In this document: piece after piece, positions 19,498-27,883 of the stretch
How positions within the stretch are numbered: position 1 is the first letter of the stretch
How the letters are laid out: each line of letters begins with the position of its first letter
From: Candidatus Moraniibacteriota bacterium
Lineage (GTDB): Bacteria > Patescibacteriota > Minisyncoccia > Moranbacterales > UBA1568
Direction: 5' to 3'
Length of the DNA: 64,000 nucleotides
NCBI GenBank assembly: GCA_043743535.1
Contig: JAYTWI010000020.1
Span: 10,039-74,038 of the forward strand
Translations under genes and position numbers: made by a program
Notes under the pieces: model-generated
Databases searched by the model: none
The model's input: only the letters and a program-made list of their open reading frames with translations
Told to the model about the DNA's origin: nothing

Positions 19498-20754
19498 CTA
19501 CGCCGCCAACTTTTTCAGTTCTTCCTCTATAACTTCCCGCTCATGCCAAGGAATCATGCGGTCGCGGAAAGCTATCGTCTCCTCCGCTCCCTTGCCGGTG
19601 ATGAGCACGATATCACCAATTTCTGCGAGCGCTAGAGCTTTGGCGATAGCCGTCCGCCGGTCAAAGATGCGAAAATATGTTTTGTCTTTTTTCTTACCCA
19701 CTCCTTGTTCGATATCATCGATGATCTGTTCAGGGTCTTCGTAGTACGGATCTTCATTGGTGAGGATAATGATATCGGCGTAACTAGAGGCGATCTCGCC
19801 CATTTGTGGGCGCTTACCACGATCACGTTCACCACAGGCTCCGAAGAGGTGAATAATTTTCGATCCAGGAATCTTCAGAGGCAGGATCGAGGCATAGAGC
19901 TTTTCGAAGGCATCCGGCGTCACTGCGTAATCGATGATGATATCGGCATCGATGTGATTTGGTACCAGCTCCATCCGTCCGGGCACACCCGTCACGCTTT
20001 CCAATGCCTCCTTAGCCACGGCAAAATCAATATCGAGCAAACGTGCTACGCCTAAGGAAGCCAAAGCGTTTTCGATATTAAACAACCCGGGCAACCTGAG
20101 ATAAAAATGCGTGCCATCAACGATAAACTCCGTCCCTTTGAAATCGAGAGAAATATCAGAAGCAAAAAGATGAGCGGCATGATCTTTGACACTATAGAGA
20201 AGTGATGGCTTCTCGGCCGGGGCACAGAAAAATTCTGGGTCTTCCATGTCCAAATTGACCACCGTCTGTTTGGCACGTCGGAAAAGTTTGCACTTGGCCT
20301 CGCGATACCGGGCCATCGTCTCGTGATAGTCCAAATGCTCGCGCGTCACATTGGTCATAACGGCGATAGCGTAGGGTATCCCCCACACTCGGTTCTGGTC
20401 GAGGGCGTGCGATGAAGTTTCGAGCACGGCGTATTGACATCCAGAGGCCACAGCCTCTCGCAAAAATTGTTGCAACCGCCAGGGCGATGGCGTGGTGAAT
20501 TTGGAGGCATTGACCCAATGCTTTTCGCCGATTTGAAAATTAATAGTTGAGGCCATAGCCACCTTTTTTCCGGCCCGTTCCAAAATACGGGTGATAAATT
20601 GTGTGGTAGTGGTCTTGCCATTGGTGCCCGTCACTCCGATTACTTGCAAACGACGAGCGGGGGAACCATACCAAATACTGGCTAAAACAGCGTTCGCCAG
20701 ATGATAGTAATTCTTCACCAAGCGTGGTGTCAGTTGTGAGAGGAAACGTTTCAT
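19498..20754 (-). CDS. murE: UDP-MurNAc-tripeptide synthetase MurE
   Basis: GVTGTNGKTT, ETSSH, NVTREHLDYH, GRME, IIDYA, GERDRGKR; ATG overlaps the RT stop. Confidence 0.9.
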   Translation of the reverse strand: MKRFLSQLTPRLVKNYYHLANAVLASIWYGSPARRLQVIGVTGTNGKTTTTQFITRILERAGKKVAMASTINFQIGEKHWVNASKFTTPSPWRLQQFLREAVASGCQYAVLETSSHALDQNRVWGIPYAIAVMTNVTREHLDYHETMARYREAKCKLFRRAKQTVVNLDMEDPEFFCAPAEKPSLLYSVKDHAAHLFASDISLDFKGTEFIVDGTHFYLRLPGLFNIENALASLGVARLLDIDFAVAKEALESVTGVPGRMELVPNHIDADIIIDYAVTPDAFEKLYASILPLKIPGSKIIHLFGACGERDRGKRPQMGEIASSYADIIILTNEDPYYEDPEQIIDDIEQGVGKKKDKTYFRIFDRRTAIAKALALAEIGDIVLITGKGAEETIAFRDRMIPWHEREVIEEELKKLAA

Positions 20755-21842
20755 AGTGTTTTCATAGTAGGATTTTCAACATCCCATTTTTGAACAATCT
20801 CACTCATTAAACTATACCCATTCCCATGTGAAAGCAAGCCCACATACGACGCTAGCACCTCTTTCTTGCCCTTTGTTTCTACCAATCTCCGTAGCATACG
20901 TTTCTTGGTGACCGTCCGTAAGACTTGGTGTCTGGAGAAATGCACCCACCCCAGGAAATCCACTCCTGAGGACAGCGTCTTGATCGAGACCTTGTCCGGA
21001 TGAAGCTTCAGTCTCAGATTGAGTTGTAAAAACGCGTCTACCAATGTAAGTATCTTCTTCAATGCTTCTTTGTCCTGTGAAAATATAACAAAATCATCGG
21101 CATAGCGGATATAGTATTTAGCTTTCACCTGGTGCTTCATGAACTGGTCGAATTCATTGAGATAAATATTGATGAGGAGTTGCGAAGTCAGATTACCCAG
21201 AGGTAAACCAATACCTGTCATGCTAGGGTCAAAGCTACCAATAACCTTCTCGAGAAGCCACAAGACGTCCACGTCAAAGATACGTCGCTTCAAAATACTC
21301 ATGAGCACTGTCTGGTTGACAGAGGCAAAGCATTTTCGAATATCACCTTTGAGTATCCAAACAGTCTTGGTATGATTTTTGGAAGTCCGCCTGCCAAGGA
21401 CCTCGAAGCGACTCAGGGCTTTATACACACCCTTCTTTTTCCGACAAGAATATGAATCCGCAATAAAGGTATCGTCAAAAAAAGGATACAGAATACGGTA
21501 AATAGCATGGTGCAAGAGACGATCCCTGACCGAGGCCTTGTGAATATGGCGGGGCTTGGGGTCGGAGATGCGAAAAGCGTGGTAAGAACTGTGCGTGTAG
21601 GTTTTATTTGTCAGGTCACCATGCAAAGCAAAAATATTATCCATCAGGTGCAGTTCAAACTCTTGTACATCTTGCTTCTTGGTCTTTCCTCTCACGAATT
21701 CTTTCCAGGCTTCGAGGAGATTTTCGGGAGAGATGGTATGATGATAAGAAAGTTCTAACTTCTTTTTTTCTCTGTATGCTTCATCAAATTCCCCCCCCCC
21801 GAAGCTCTTGCCCCTTTTACAGAAGCTAAAGGAAGGATACAC
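20751..21842 (-). CDS. DGR reverse transcriptase
   Basis: ISPENLLEAW, PKPRHI, RDRLLHHA, GLPLGNLTSQ, YIRYADDF, GVDFLG; start uncertain because the frame crosses G10. Confidence 0.95.
   Translation of the reverse strand: MYPSFSFCKRGKSFGGGEFDEAYREKKKLELSYHHTISPENLLEAWKEFVRGKTKKQDVQEFELHLMDNIFALHGDLTNKTYTHSSYHAFRISDPKPRHIHKASVRDRLLHHAIYRILYPFFDDTFIADSYSCRKKKGVYKALSRFEVLGRRTSKNHTKTVWILKGDIRKCFASVNQTVLMSILKRRIFDVDVLWLLEKVIGSFDPSMTGIGLPLGNLTSQLLINIYLNEFDQFMKHQVKAKYYIRYADDFVIFSQDKEALKKILTLVDAFLQLNLRLKLHPDKVSIKTLSSGVDFLGWVHFSRHQVLRTVTKKRMLRRLVETKGKKEVLASYVGLLSHGNGYSLMSEIVQKWDVENPTMKTL
21791..21800. repeat. C10/G10 homopolymer in the overlapping 5' ends of avd and RT
   Basis: Ten consecutive C at 21791-21800. 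Confidence 0.9.
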
Positions 21843-22161
21843 ATTGTGGTATAGTTATATCTTTACTGTGCCAAAAATTCATCGACATTCCCTTGGTCAG
21901 AAAATTGATAGCCTTTTTGTAGAAACCATAGAGGCAGTTGCAGCGGCCAGCTTTTCTTCGGGTACGGACAAACTTCCCTACATACGACACTCCATCAAAA
22001 AAATGGATACTCTCAAACTTCTCTTGACGATTTTGTGGGAATTGAAGTCGCTGGATAACAAAAAGTATCTCGCTCTGTCAGTAAAGCTCGATGAAATAGG
22101 CAGGATGCTTGGTGGTTGGCAGGGACAAGTCTTGAAAAAACAAAACTCCTCACATGCATGA
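21808..22161 (+). CDS. avd: Avd-like four-helix-bundle accessory protein (true start probably ATG 21776, out of frame at C10)
   Basis: LPLLQKLKEGY..W...VPKIHRHSLGQKID...LDEIGRMLGGW, adjacent to RT and TR. Confidence 0.85.
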   Translation: MPLLQKLKEGYTLWYSYIFTVPKIHRHSLGQKIDSLFVETIEAVAAASFSSGTDKLPYIRHSIKKMDTLKLLLTILWELKSLDNKKYLALSVKLDEIGRMLGGWQGQVLKKQNSSHA

Positions 22162-22181
22162 GAGGAGAAAAGAAGAGAGTA

Positions 22182-22305
22182 GCGACGCGCAGAGCCGGGT
22201 TGTTGTCGTTCCAGTCATTGTCGAGCCAGTTCCAGTTGATCACCACCTTGTCGCCGTTCTCGACGAGATACGGAACGTAGAGGTTGCCATCGCGGTTCTG
22301 CACAA
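22182..22305 (-). ncRNA. DGR template repeat (TR), 124 bp
   Basis: Matches VR 22654-22777 except at 14 TR adenines; 9 AAY codons, 30 adenines, none at codon position 3. Confidence 0.95.
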
Positions 22306-22534
22306 ATATACACAGCGCCTTCCATACCACCACCCCTCGAGTACTCTTGGGGTTGTATCGTATTCGGTATCTTAAATACCATAGCACTGTATACCAAGTA
22401 TCTTCATTTTTAGTGAAGTGTCTACATACACCACTCTACCCGAAACCGTAATCGAAGGTATTCTCAATGTATGGATACTGGATTCGGCCGCAGACAGTCG
22501 TAACCATCTGCAAGATGCGCCTACTACCACTGTC

Positions 22535-22543
22535 AGTATATCA
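22535..22543 (-). promoter_or_regulatory. Extended -10 promoter for the TR RNA
   Basis: TGaTATACT just after the target-gene terminator. Confidence 0.55.
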
Positions 22544-22550
22544 AAGGGTG

Positions 22551-22593
22551 AAAAAATGAAAACCCCGCACTACCGTTCGGTAAAATGCGGGGT
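22551..22593 (-). terminator. Intrinsic terminator of the DGR target gene
   Basis: ACCCCGCA...TACCGAACGGTA..TGCGGGGT followed by TTTCATTTTTT. Confidence 0.75.
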
Positions 22594-22646
22594 CGAAGGA
22601 CTAAGAATCAAGGGTCTAAAAGACCCAAAGTACAAAGTCCGAAGTA

Positions 22647-23312
22647 CTAACTTGCGACGCGCAGAGCCGGGTTGAGGCCGTCCCAGTCAAAGCCGAGCCA
22701 GTACCAGTAGATCACCACCTTGCCGCCGCGCTCGACGAGATACGGAACGTAGAGGCGGCCATCGCGGTTCTGCACAACATCTTTCCAGGCAAAGACTGCC
22801 TTGCCACGGAAGTGTTGACGGAAGACTTCGATGCCGAGCTTCTGGATCTCCTCCAGATCGCGCAGTGCGAGACACGTCGGGAGAATATCACTCTCCCTGA
22901 TGTACTGGTACAGCGCCTTGCCACCAATGACGCCGCCGTTCTCTTGCGTAGGGTGAAGCCAGGGCTTCACCCGATCGAAGCGGTATTCAACCGTGTCCGT
23001 ACGGTCAAACTCCTGATGCAGACGCTTCTTCAGCCATTCTGGGTATATCCCCTTGATGGCGTAGTTGACACGGAAGGTCTGATGCATGGTCTCGCGAGCA
23101 ACTTCGACGATTTTCTTGTCGAGCGGACAGAGACCGAGTATCCCGCGGAATTCATCCCGATCCACTTCTTTGATGTTGCCATCGAAGAGATCAGACAACA
23201 GACCGGAGGTGTAAAGCAACTGGAGCTGTTCCAATTGCGGATCCTTCTGCCCAACAAATGCAAGCAGGTGGGTGGCTTGCTTAAACGATCCATCACTCAT
23301 GGTATTCTCCAT
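22647..23312 (-). CDS. DGR target (variable) protein, probable C-type-lectin-like C-terminus
   Basis: C-terminal about 41 codons form the VR; likely start ATG 23300 after GGAG. Confidence 0.9.
   Translation of the reverse strand: MENTMSDGSFKQATHLLAFVGQKDPQLEQLQLLYTSGLLSDLFDGNIKEVDRDEFRGILGLCPLDKKIVEVARETMHQTFRVNYAIKGIYPEWLKKRLHQEFDRTDTVEYRFDRVKPWLHPTQENGGVIGGKALYQYIRESDILPTCLALRDLEEIQKLGIEVFRQHFRGKAVFAWKDVVQNRDGRLYVPYLVERGGKVVIYWYWLGFDWDGLNPALRVAS
22654..22777 (-). repeat. DGR variable repeat (VR)
   Basis: VQNRDGRLYVPYLVERGGKVVIYWYWLGFDWDGLNPALRVA versus TR VQNRDGNLYVPYLVENGDKVVINWNWLDNDWNDNNPALRVA. Confidence 0.95.
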
Positions 23313-23481
23313 TGAGCGCTACTCCTTACGGGTAGCTGCTACAGCTCTCGAGGATTCGAGTTTGCCATAGCCCCCTATCTTTTTTATATCATCATACAAA
23401 TCGTGTCACGGTCGTGATAAAATTTATATATACAAAAAAACATGGGGCTCTGGCAAAAACGTGTATTTTAACGAACTGTAT

Positions 23482-23509
23482 ATTATACACCTAAAAAGAA
23501 GAGGGTCAA
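23482..23509 (-). promoter_or_regulatory. Promoter of the DGR target gene
   Basis: TTGACC-N16-TATAAT. Confidence 0.65.
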
Positions 23510-23598
23510 GCGCAGTGTCAGACTTTTACTTAAGATAAGCGGTTTTTTCAGGGAATAAAAACTTGTTTGAGGATTTGTGGGGACCGCTGCAGGGAATA

Positions 23599-24759
23599 TT
23601 ACGCTGCCACAGGTGGTGCTGCCATTTTAGCGACAAAGGTGACGACGAGTATCAGGGTAGCAACAATCGGCAGGAAAAAATAATACTGGGGATGAGCGAG
23701 CGAGAGCAGGATACCACCAAACACTACCAACCGTGCTAGCACCGTTGGTATTTCCCGCACAATAACAAATCCTTCCTCGTCATCCCCTTTGACCGCCTTA
23801 TAAATAACACTGGAATACGAAACCAAGAATGCTGTCATCGTGAAAGAGGCTACCAGACTAATCAGATAGGCAGACCACTGATCGGCCACAAAAATTCTCG
23901 CGATCGAGAGCAGGATGAGGCCGAAAGCCGACCACAGTACCAGTCGATGATCAGAACGATCAACTTGTTTCCCGATCAAGAGCGTGAAGATGACCGCGCC
24001 GATAGTTGCCAGACTGCCGACAATACCTGGTACAGCCAAAGAGCCGATGATGAGAAAAATATAAATGCCCCAATACCATTCTGACTCTTCGATGATATTG
24101 TCCAGTCCCTCGAGGAAAAAGAGCAGTTTGCGGCGCTTGATTTTTTGCCAGGTCTGTCGAAAATCAAAGAAAACGCTTGCTTCGCTCACGCTGATACCCG
24201 CCAGAGGTAAATAAGAAACAGCCACTCCGACCATAGCGATAAGAAACGTTGGCCAGAAGCCAACTGCATATACCAATGCCGCCCCGCAAAGCGGACCAAC
24301 AATGGAGAAAAATTTCGGCAGAGCAAAAAAACGAGCGAGATCGCTCCCCATCTTATCGAAATCAGCATTCTTGATCAAGAGAATGTTAAGCGGGATCCAG
24401 TAAAAGAAGCTGGCTGCCCCGCCGACCACGGCAATAATCTGAATAGGAATGGCAAATGAGGGCAACAGAAAGAGGAGGAGAAAATAGAGCATCTCAAGAG
24501 GATAATTAAATTTGAAGACCCTGATGAGCCCAAAGTGTTGAATAAAGAGCGGGATAAACGTCAGGGAGAGGAAAAGCCCCGAGAGATGGAGTATGACAAA
24601 GTAACCGATTACCTCTGTAAGAGAATGCCCCTCCGTAAAAAAATAAATCGGCACGTAGACACTGACAAATGACAGAGCAATACCGCGGATGGTATGCGAA
24701 ATGAATACCCGATAAATCTGGCGCTTTCCCTCAAGATGAAATATATTCGCAAACGACAT
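23599..24759 (-). CDS. MFS-type membrane transporter
   Basis: About 12 TM helices, LIGKQVDRSD loop motif. Confidence 0.75.
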   Translation of the reverse strand: MSFANIFHLEGKRQIYRVFISHTIRGIALSFVSVYVPIYFFTEGHSLTEVIGYFVILHLSGLFLSLTFIPLFIQHFGLIRVFKFNYPLEMLYFLLLFLLPSFAIPIQIIAVVGGAASFFYWIPLNILLIKNADFDKMGSDLARFFALPKFFSIVGPLCGAALVYAVGFWPTFLIAMVGVAVSYLPLAGISVSEASVFFDFRQTWQKIKRRKLLFFLEGLDNIIEESEWYWGIYIFLIIGSLAVPGIVGSLATIGAVIFTLLIGKQVDRSDHRLVLWSAFGLILLSIARIFVADQWSAYLISLVASFTMTAFLVSYSSVIYKAVKGDDEEGFVIVREIPTVLARLVVFGGILLSLAHPQYYFFLPIVATLILVVTFVAKMAAPPVAA

Positions 24760-24766
24760 AGTGTTC

Positions 24767-25771
24767 CTACCTAAGTATTTTTTTGCGCATCTGGCCTACC
24801 GCACTGAGGAAACGATACAGTGTGTACGTCATGTACGAGAGCACGATATCATAGGTACCTGGAAAAAACGTGGTGGCTGTTTGGGGCGAAAATCCCAATT
24901 TGAATGTAGTGATGCCGCGCCAAGAGTTACTTACGGAGTCCGTCCGGACACCGCCGAAATCATAACGCGTAGCGCCGCGATCCTTAGCGTATTTGATCTC
25001 TTCCCATTGGAGAAGGTACGGCGCCATCACGTCTCGGTGTTCATCACCTGATCCACCGTGCAGGTACGTCGCTGTCTTCCCATAGATGATGAGGAGGTTG
25101 GCAGCGATGACATTTCCATCATACTCCGCCACAAAGAGCTGACACATTTCCTCCGGCAAGTGAGAAAAAAAATGTTCATAGTACGCGCGTGGATGAGCGG
25201 CAATATTTTTTCGCCCCGTAGTCGCCCCCACCAATGCAAAAAAAGCATCTTGATATTTTTTTTCTCGCGAAATAAAAACTTTGACACCCCGCTTTTCTGC
25301 CAGTCGGACATTGTAGCGCGTTTTTCCCTTCATCTCTGCAAGTAAGGTATCCTCATCGGCCGTAATATCGATAACAAATATTTCTCGTGGCTGTATATCA
25401 CGCGATGCCTTCGCTACTCTATATGGTACACTCTTTCTGATAACTTCCAAAATTTCTTCTGTCTCTGGCTCGATCCGTATCCACCGGCAACTTCTCTCGC
25501 GCGCTCTCCGAATGAGTTCTTGGATGTTATTCTTGATTCCTGTTTCATCATGTATATTTCCTACAATTGGTCCTCTCGGAAAATACAGATACTTCCCGAT
25601 GAGTGGCAGCGTATGGACGATGCCACTGCCCCAAAAACCCTCTCCTGCCACATGTACCGTTGTGCGCGCCATGGATTCCTGAAAATGGCGCCACGCTTCT
25701 GATTGGAGCATGCCACCATCTTTGCTGCCGAACAAAATTTCTTCTCCATCCATAGAAATAGTCACTATCAC
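24767..25771 (-). CDS. FemABX-family peptidoglycan bridge peptidyltransferase
   Basis: LQSEAW, YFPRGP, KTRYNVRLAEKRGV, YLHGGS, YDFGG, FKLGF. Confidence 0.9.
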   Translation of the reverse strand: MIVTISMDGEEILFGSKDGGMLQSEAWRHFQESMARTTVHVAGEGFWGSGIVHTLPLIGKYLYFPRGPIVGNIHDETGIKNNIQELIRRARERSCRWIRIEPETEEILEVIRKSVPYRVAKASRDIQPREIFVIDITADEDTLLAEMKGKTRYNVRLAEKRGVKVFISREKKYQDAFFALVGATTGRKNIAAHPRAYYEHFFSHLPEEMCQLFVAEYDGNVIAANLLIIYGKTATYLHGGSGDEHRDVMAPYLLQWEEIKYAKDRGATRYDFGGVRTDSVSNSWRGITTFKLGFSPQTATTFFPGTYDIVLSYMTYTLYRFLSAVGQMRKKILR

Positions 25772-26340
25772 TTCTTGCCCAGATTTTTCAAGGCCTCACG
25801 AATACGTTTGCCCACATCTTTGATATCCATAGGCACGAGCTTCAGGGCTTCACGAGCCTGCGAAACACTATACCCCAAAGAAGTCAGTGCTTCGAGCGCA
25901 TCCTGTCCGGCGGCGGCATCACCCTGGTCATCTCCGGCTACGGCTTCCACTTTGTTTTGTAGCTCAATGATGACTTTTTCTGCTGTTTTCTTGCCTACCC
26001 CCGAAACACGGGTCAGGATACTCGCATCCCTGTTAACGATAGCCATACGGATGGTTTTGACGTCAGCGATGGAGAGAATAGACAGTCCAGCCTTGGGGCC
26101 GATGCCCGAAACAGAAATGAGGAGCTGAAACATATGGAGTTCTTCCTCATTGAGAAAGCCATATAAAGCGAGTGTGTCCTCGCGCACATGGGTATAAATA
26201 TGAAGCAAAACTTCGCCCTGCCCGGCCAATTTCCCCAGAGTATAGGCCGAAACCGATACCAAATAGCCGACACCACAAACCATGAGGATAACAGCATTCC
26301 CCCGCAGACCGGCAATTTTCCCTTCCAACTGAGCAATCAT
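25768..26340 (-). CDS. ruvA: Holliday junction DNA helicase RuvA
   Basis: MIAQLEG, HVREDTLALYGF, VSGIGPK, GVGKKTAEK. Confidence 0.95.
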   Translation of the reverse strand: MIAQLEGKIAGLRGNAVILMVCGVGYLVSVSAYTLGKLAGQGEVLLHIYTHVREDTLALYGFLNEEELHMFQLLISVSGIGPKAGLSILSIADVKTIRMAIVNRDASILTRVSGVGKKTAEKVIIELQNKVEAVAGDDQGDAAAGQDALEALTSLGYSVSQAREALKLVPMDIKDVGKRIREALKNLGKK

Positions 26341-26526
26341 AGGCATATAAAAATGAAAATTCAAACCAAAAAACAGTATTCTTCACACGTTGCCATTGTT
26401 CCACTATTCTACCATTTATGCCTTTTTCTTGCCAAAAATCGAGGGACGTGCTAAAAATGAAGGGTCTCATTTCCTGTGTTTTTGGCCATTCATTTTTTTG
26501 GATTTTTAAATTTTGATTCTACTATC

Positions 26527-26796
26527 ATGCCGATCAAGAAATCTGCCAAGAAGTACATGCGCGTCACGGCCACCAACACCGAGCGAAACAAAATCGTCAA
26601 AGGTGTGGTGAAAAGCGCCATCAAAAAAACTCGCGAAGCAGTCACTGCCGGTAACATCGACGAGGCCAAGGAGTGGCTCAAAAAAGCAAGCAAGTCTCTC
26701 GACAAAGCTGCTCAAAAAAAAGTGATCAAGAAAAACACCGCTGCTCGCAAAAAGTCCCGTCTCAATACTTTGGTCAAAGGAGCCGTCAAAAAATAG
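26527..26796 (+). CDS. rpsT: 30S ribosomal protein S20
   Basis: MPIKKSAKK...DKAAQKKVIKKNTAARKKSRL. Confidence 0.95.
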   Translation: MPIKKSAKKYMRVTATNTERNKIVKGVVKSAIKKTREAVTAGNIDEAKEWLKKASKSLDKAAQKKVIKKNTAARKKSRLNTLVKGAVKK

Positions 26797-26810
26797 TCTG
26801 TCGTGATAGC

Positions 26811-26837
26811 AAAAACTCCCCGGTGGGGAGTTTTTTC
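26811..26837. terminator. Bidirectional terminator between rpsT and holA
   Basis: AAAAACTCCCC-GGT-GGGGAGTTTTT. Confidence 0.75.
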
Positions 26838-27818
26838 TTAGAATTTCCACACGAACAAATCCAATGAAACGAGCGGGTCGGCTTTGCCTTGTTTCAAAGC
26901 ACTGTCGATATCCGAGAGAAGGGAGAGTCCCTGTTTGAGGCGCGCCAGGGGAAAATATTCGATAACCGAGAGCACCTTCTGTACCACATAAGGCGAAAGT
27001 GATGTCGCCGAAACTACGTCAGAAGAGCGCCTGATACCACGATCGAAGACCTCTCGCACGATGATCATCTGTCGCACCTGCCATGCGCAAAGCGAAAGTA
27101 ACGGAAAGACTCCGGCCGGTTTCTTCCCCTCTTCATGGAACAAGAGTAAGGCGCGTTTTTTCTCACCCCGCCCCAAAGCATTCAGTGCTTGAAAGATCAT
27201 TTGCTCCTGCGGGCGCTCTAATAAGAGCTCAACGTCCGAAACCGTAATCTGCCCCGTTTCTTTGAAAGTCGTCAGTTTCTCCAATTCTGAAACAATACGC
27301 GCCGCATTATTGCCCGTAGCGGCCAGGAAAAGCTTCAAAGCCTGGGGATCAAAGGACAGTTCTTGCTCCAAAAGGGCAAGCTCTTTCTTTACCAAAGAGA
27401 GTCCCTGGTCTTTCGTAGAGCTGACCTCCTCTTCTTTATCCATAATCGGAAAAAGTGTTTTTGCCAGGAGCGACGTTTTTTTGATCTTGCCACTCTCTAC
27501 AAAAAGCAGGAGTAACTTCTCATCCGTCCCTTTCCTCTGTTCGGAGAGAAACGTCACAAGCATTTTTTCTGCTGTTTCCTCAAGCGTGAACGGGTGAAAA
27601 AAAACAACCATTTTTTCCGCTGAAAATAATCCGCTGGCAGAGGCCGCAAGCGCCTGCCCTATTCCCTCTACATCCTCCTTCCCTTCAAAATCAAAAACAA
27701 AAACTTCTCCTTTGGGATATTTTTTTTGAAATGCTTTGACAATCGCCCGTTTGCGGCGCCCGACCAAGAAATCATCTTCCCCGTGAAGCAATGTGATCAT
27801 AGGACTGTTTTCTTTCAA
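26838..27818 (-). CDS. holA: DNA polymerase III delta subunit
   Basis: LLHGEDDF, GLFSAEK, SELEKL, D..LKQG; convergent with rpsT. Confidence 0.85.
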   Translation of the reverse strand: MKENSPMITLLHGEDDFLVGRRKRAIVKAFQKKYPKGEVFVFDFEGKEDVEGIGQALAASASGLFSAEKMVVFFHPFTLEETAEKMLVTFLSEQRKGTDEKLLLLFVESGKIKKTSLLAKTLFPIMDKEEEVSSTKDQGLSLVKKELALLEQELSFDPQALKLFLAATGNNAARIVSELEKLTTFKETGQITVSDVELLLERPQEQMIFQALNALGRGEKKRALLLFHEEGKKPAGVFPLLSLCAWQVRQMIIVREVFDRGIRRSSDVVSATSLSPYVVQKVLSVIEYFPLARLKQGLSLLSDIDSALKQGKADPLVSLDLFVWKF

Positions 27819-27883
27819 TATTTCTCTAGTATAACAAAAAACAGACGCGCGGTCTGTTTTCTGCCTAAAAAGCGACGAAAGAG

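Larger units (their letters stand above)
20751..23509 (-). mobile_element. Complete diversity-generating retroelement (target-VR, TR, avd, RT)
   Basis: TR/VR pair with adenine-only mismatches plus DGR-type RT and Avd-like gene. Confidence 0.95.

Noticed and set aside
21750-21785. Minus-strand ATG (MKHTEKKRS-stop) with an A7 run as a -1 frameshift entry into RT
   Set aside because: The slippery heptamer is poorly phased and no stimulator is evident; tract slippage explains the frames more simply. Not fully excluded.
20751-21842. RT as group II intron, retron or CRISPR-associated RT
   Set aside because: No maturase/endonuclease extension or cas genes; the TR/VR pair and Avd identify a DGR.
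22013-22387. 124-aa ORF resembling the DGR target C-terminus
   Set aside because: It is the TR read in frame; it overlaps avd antisense and is best explained as non-coding template.
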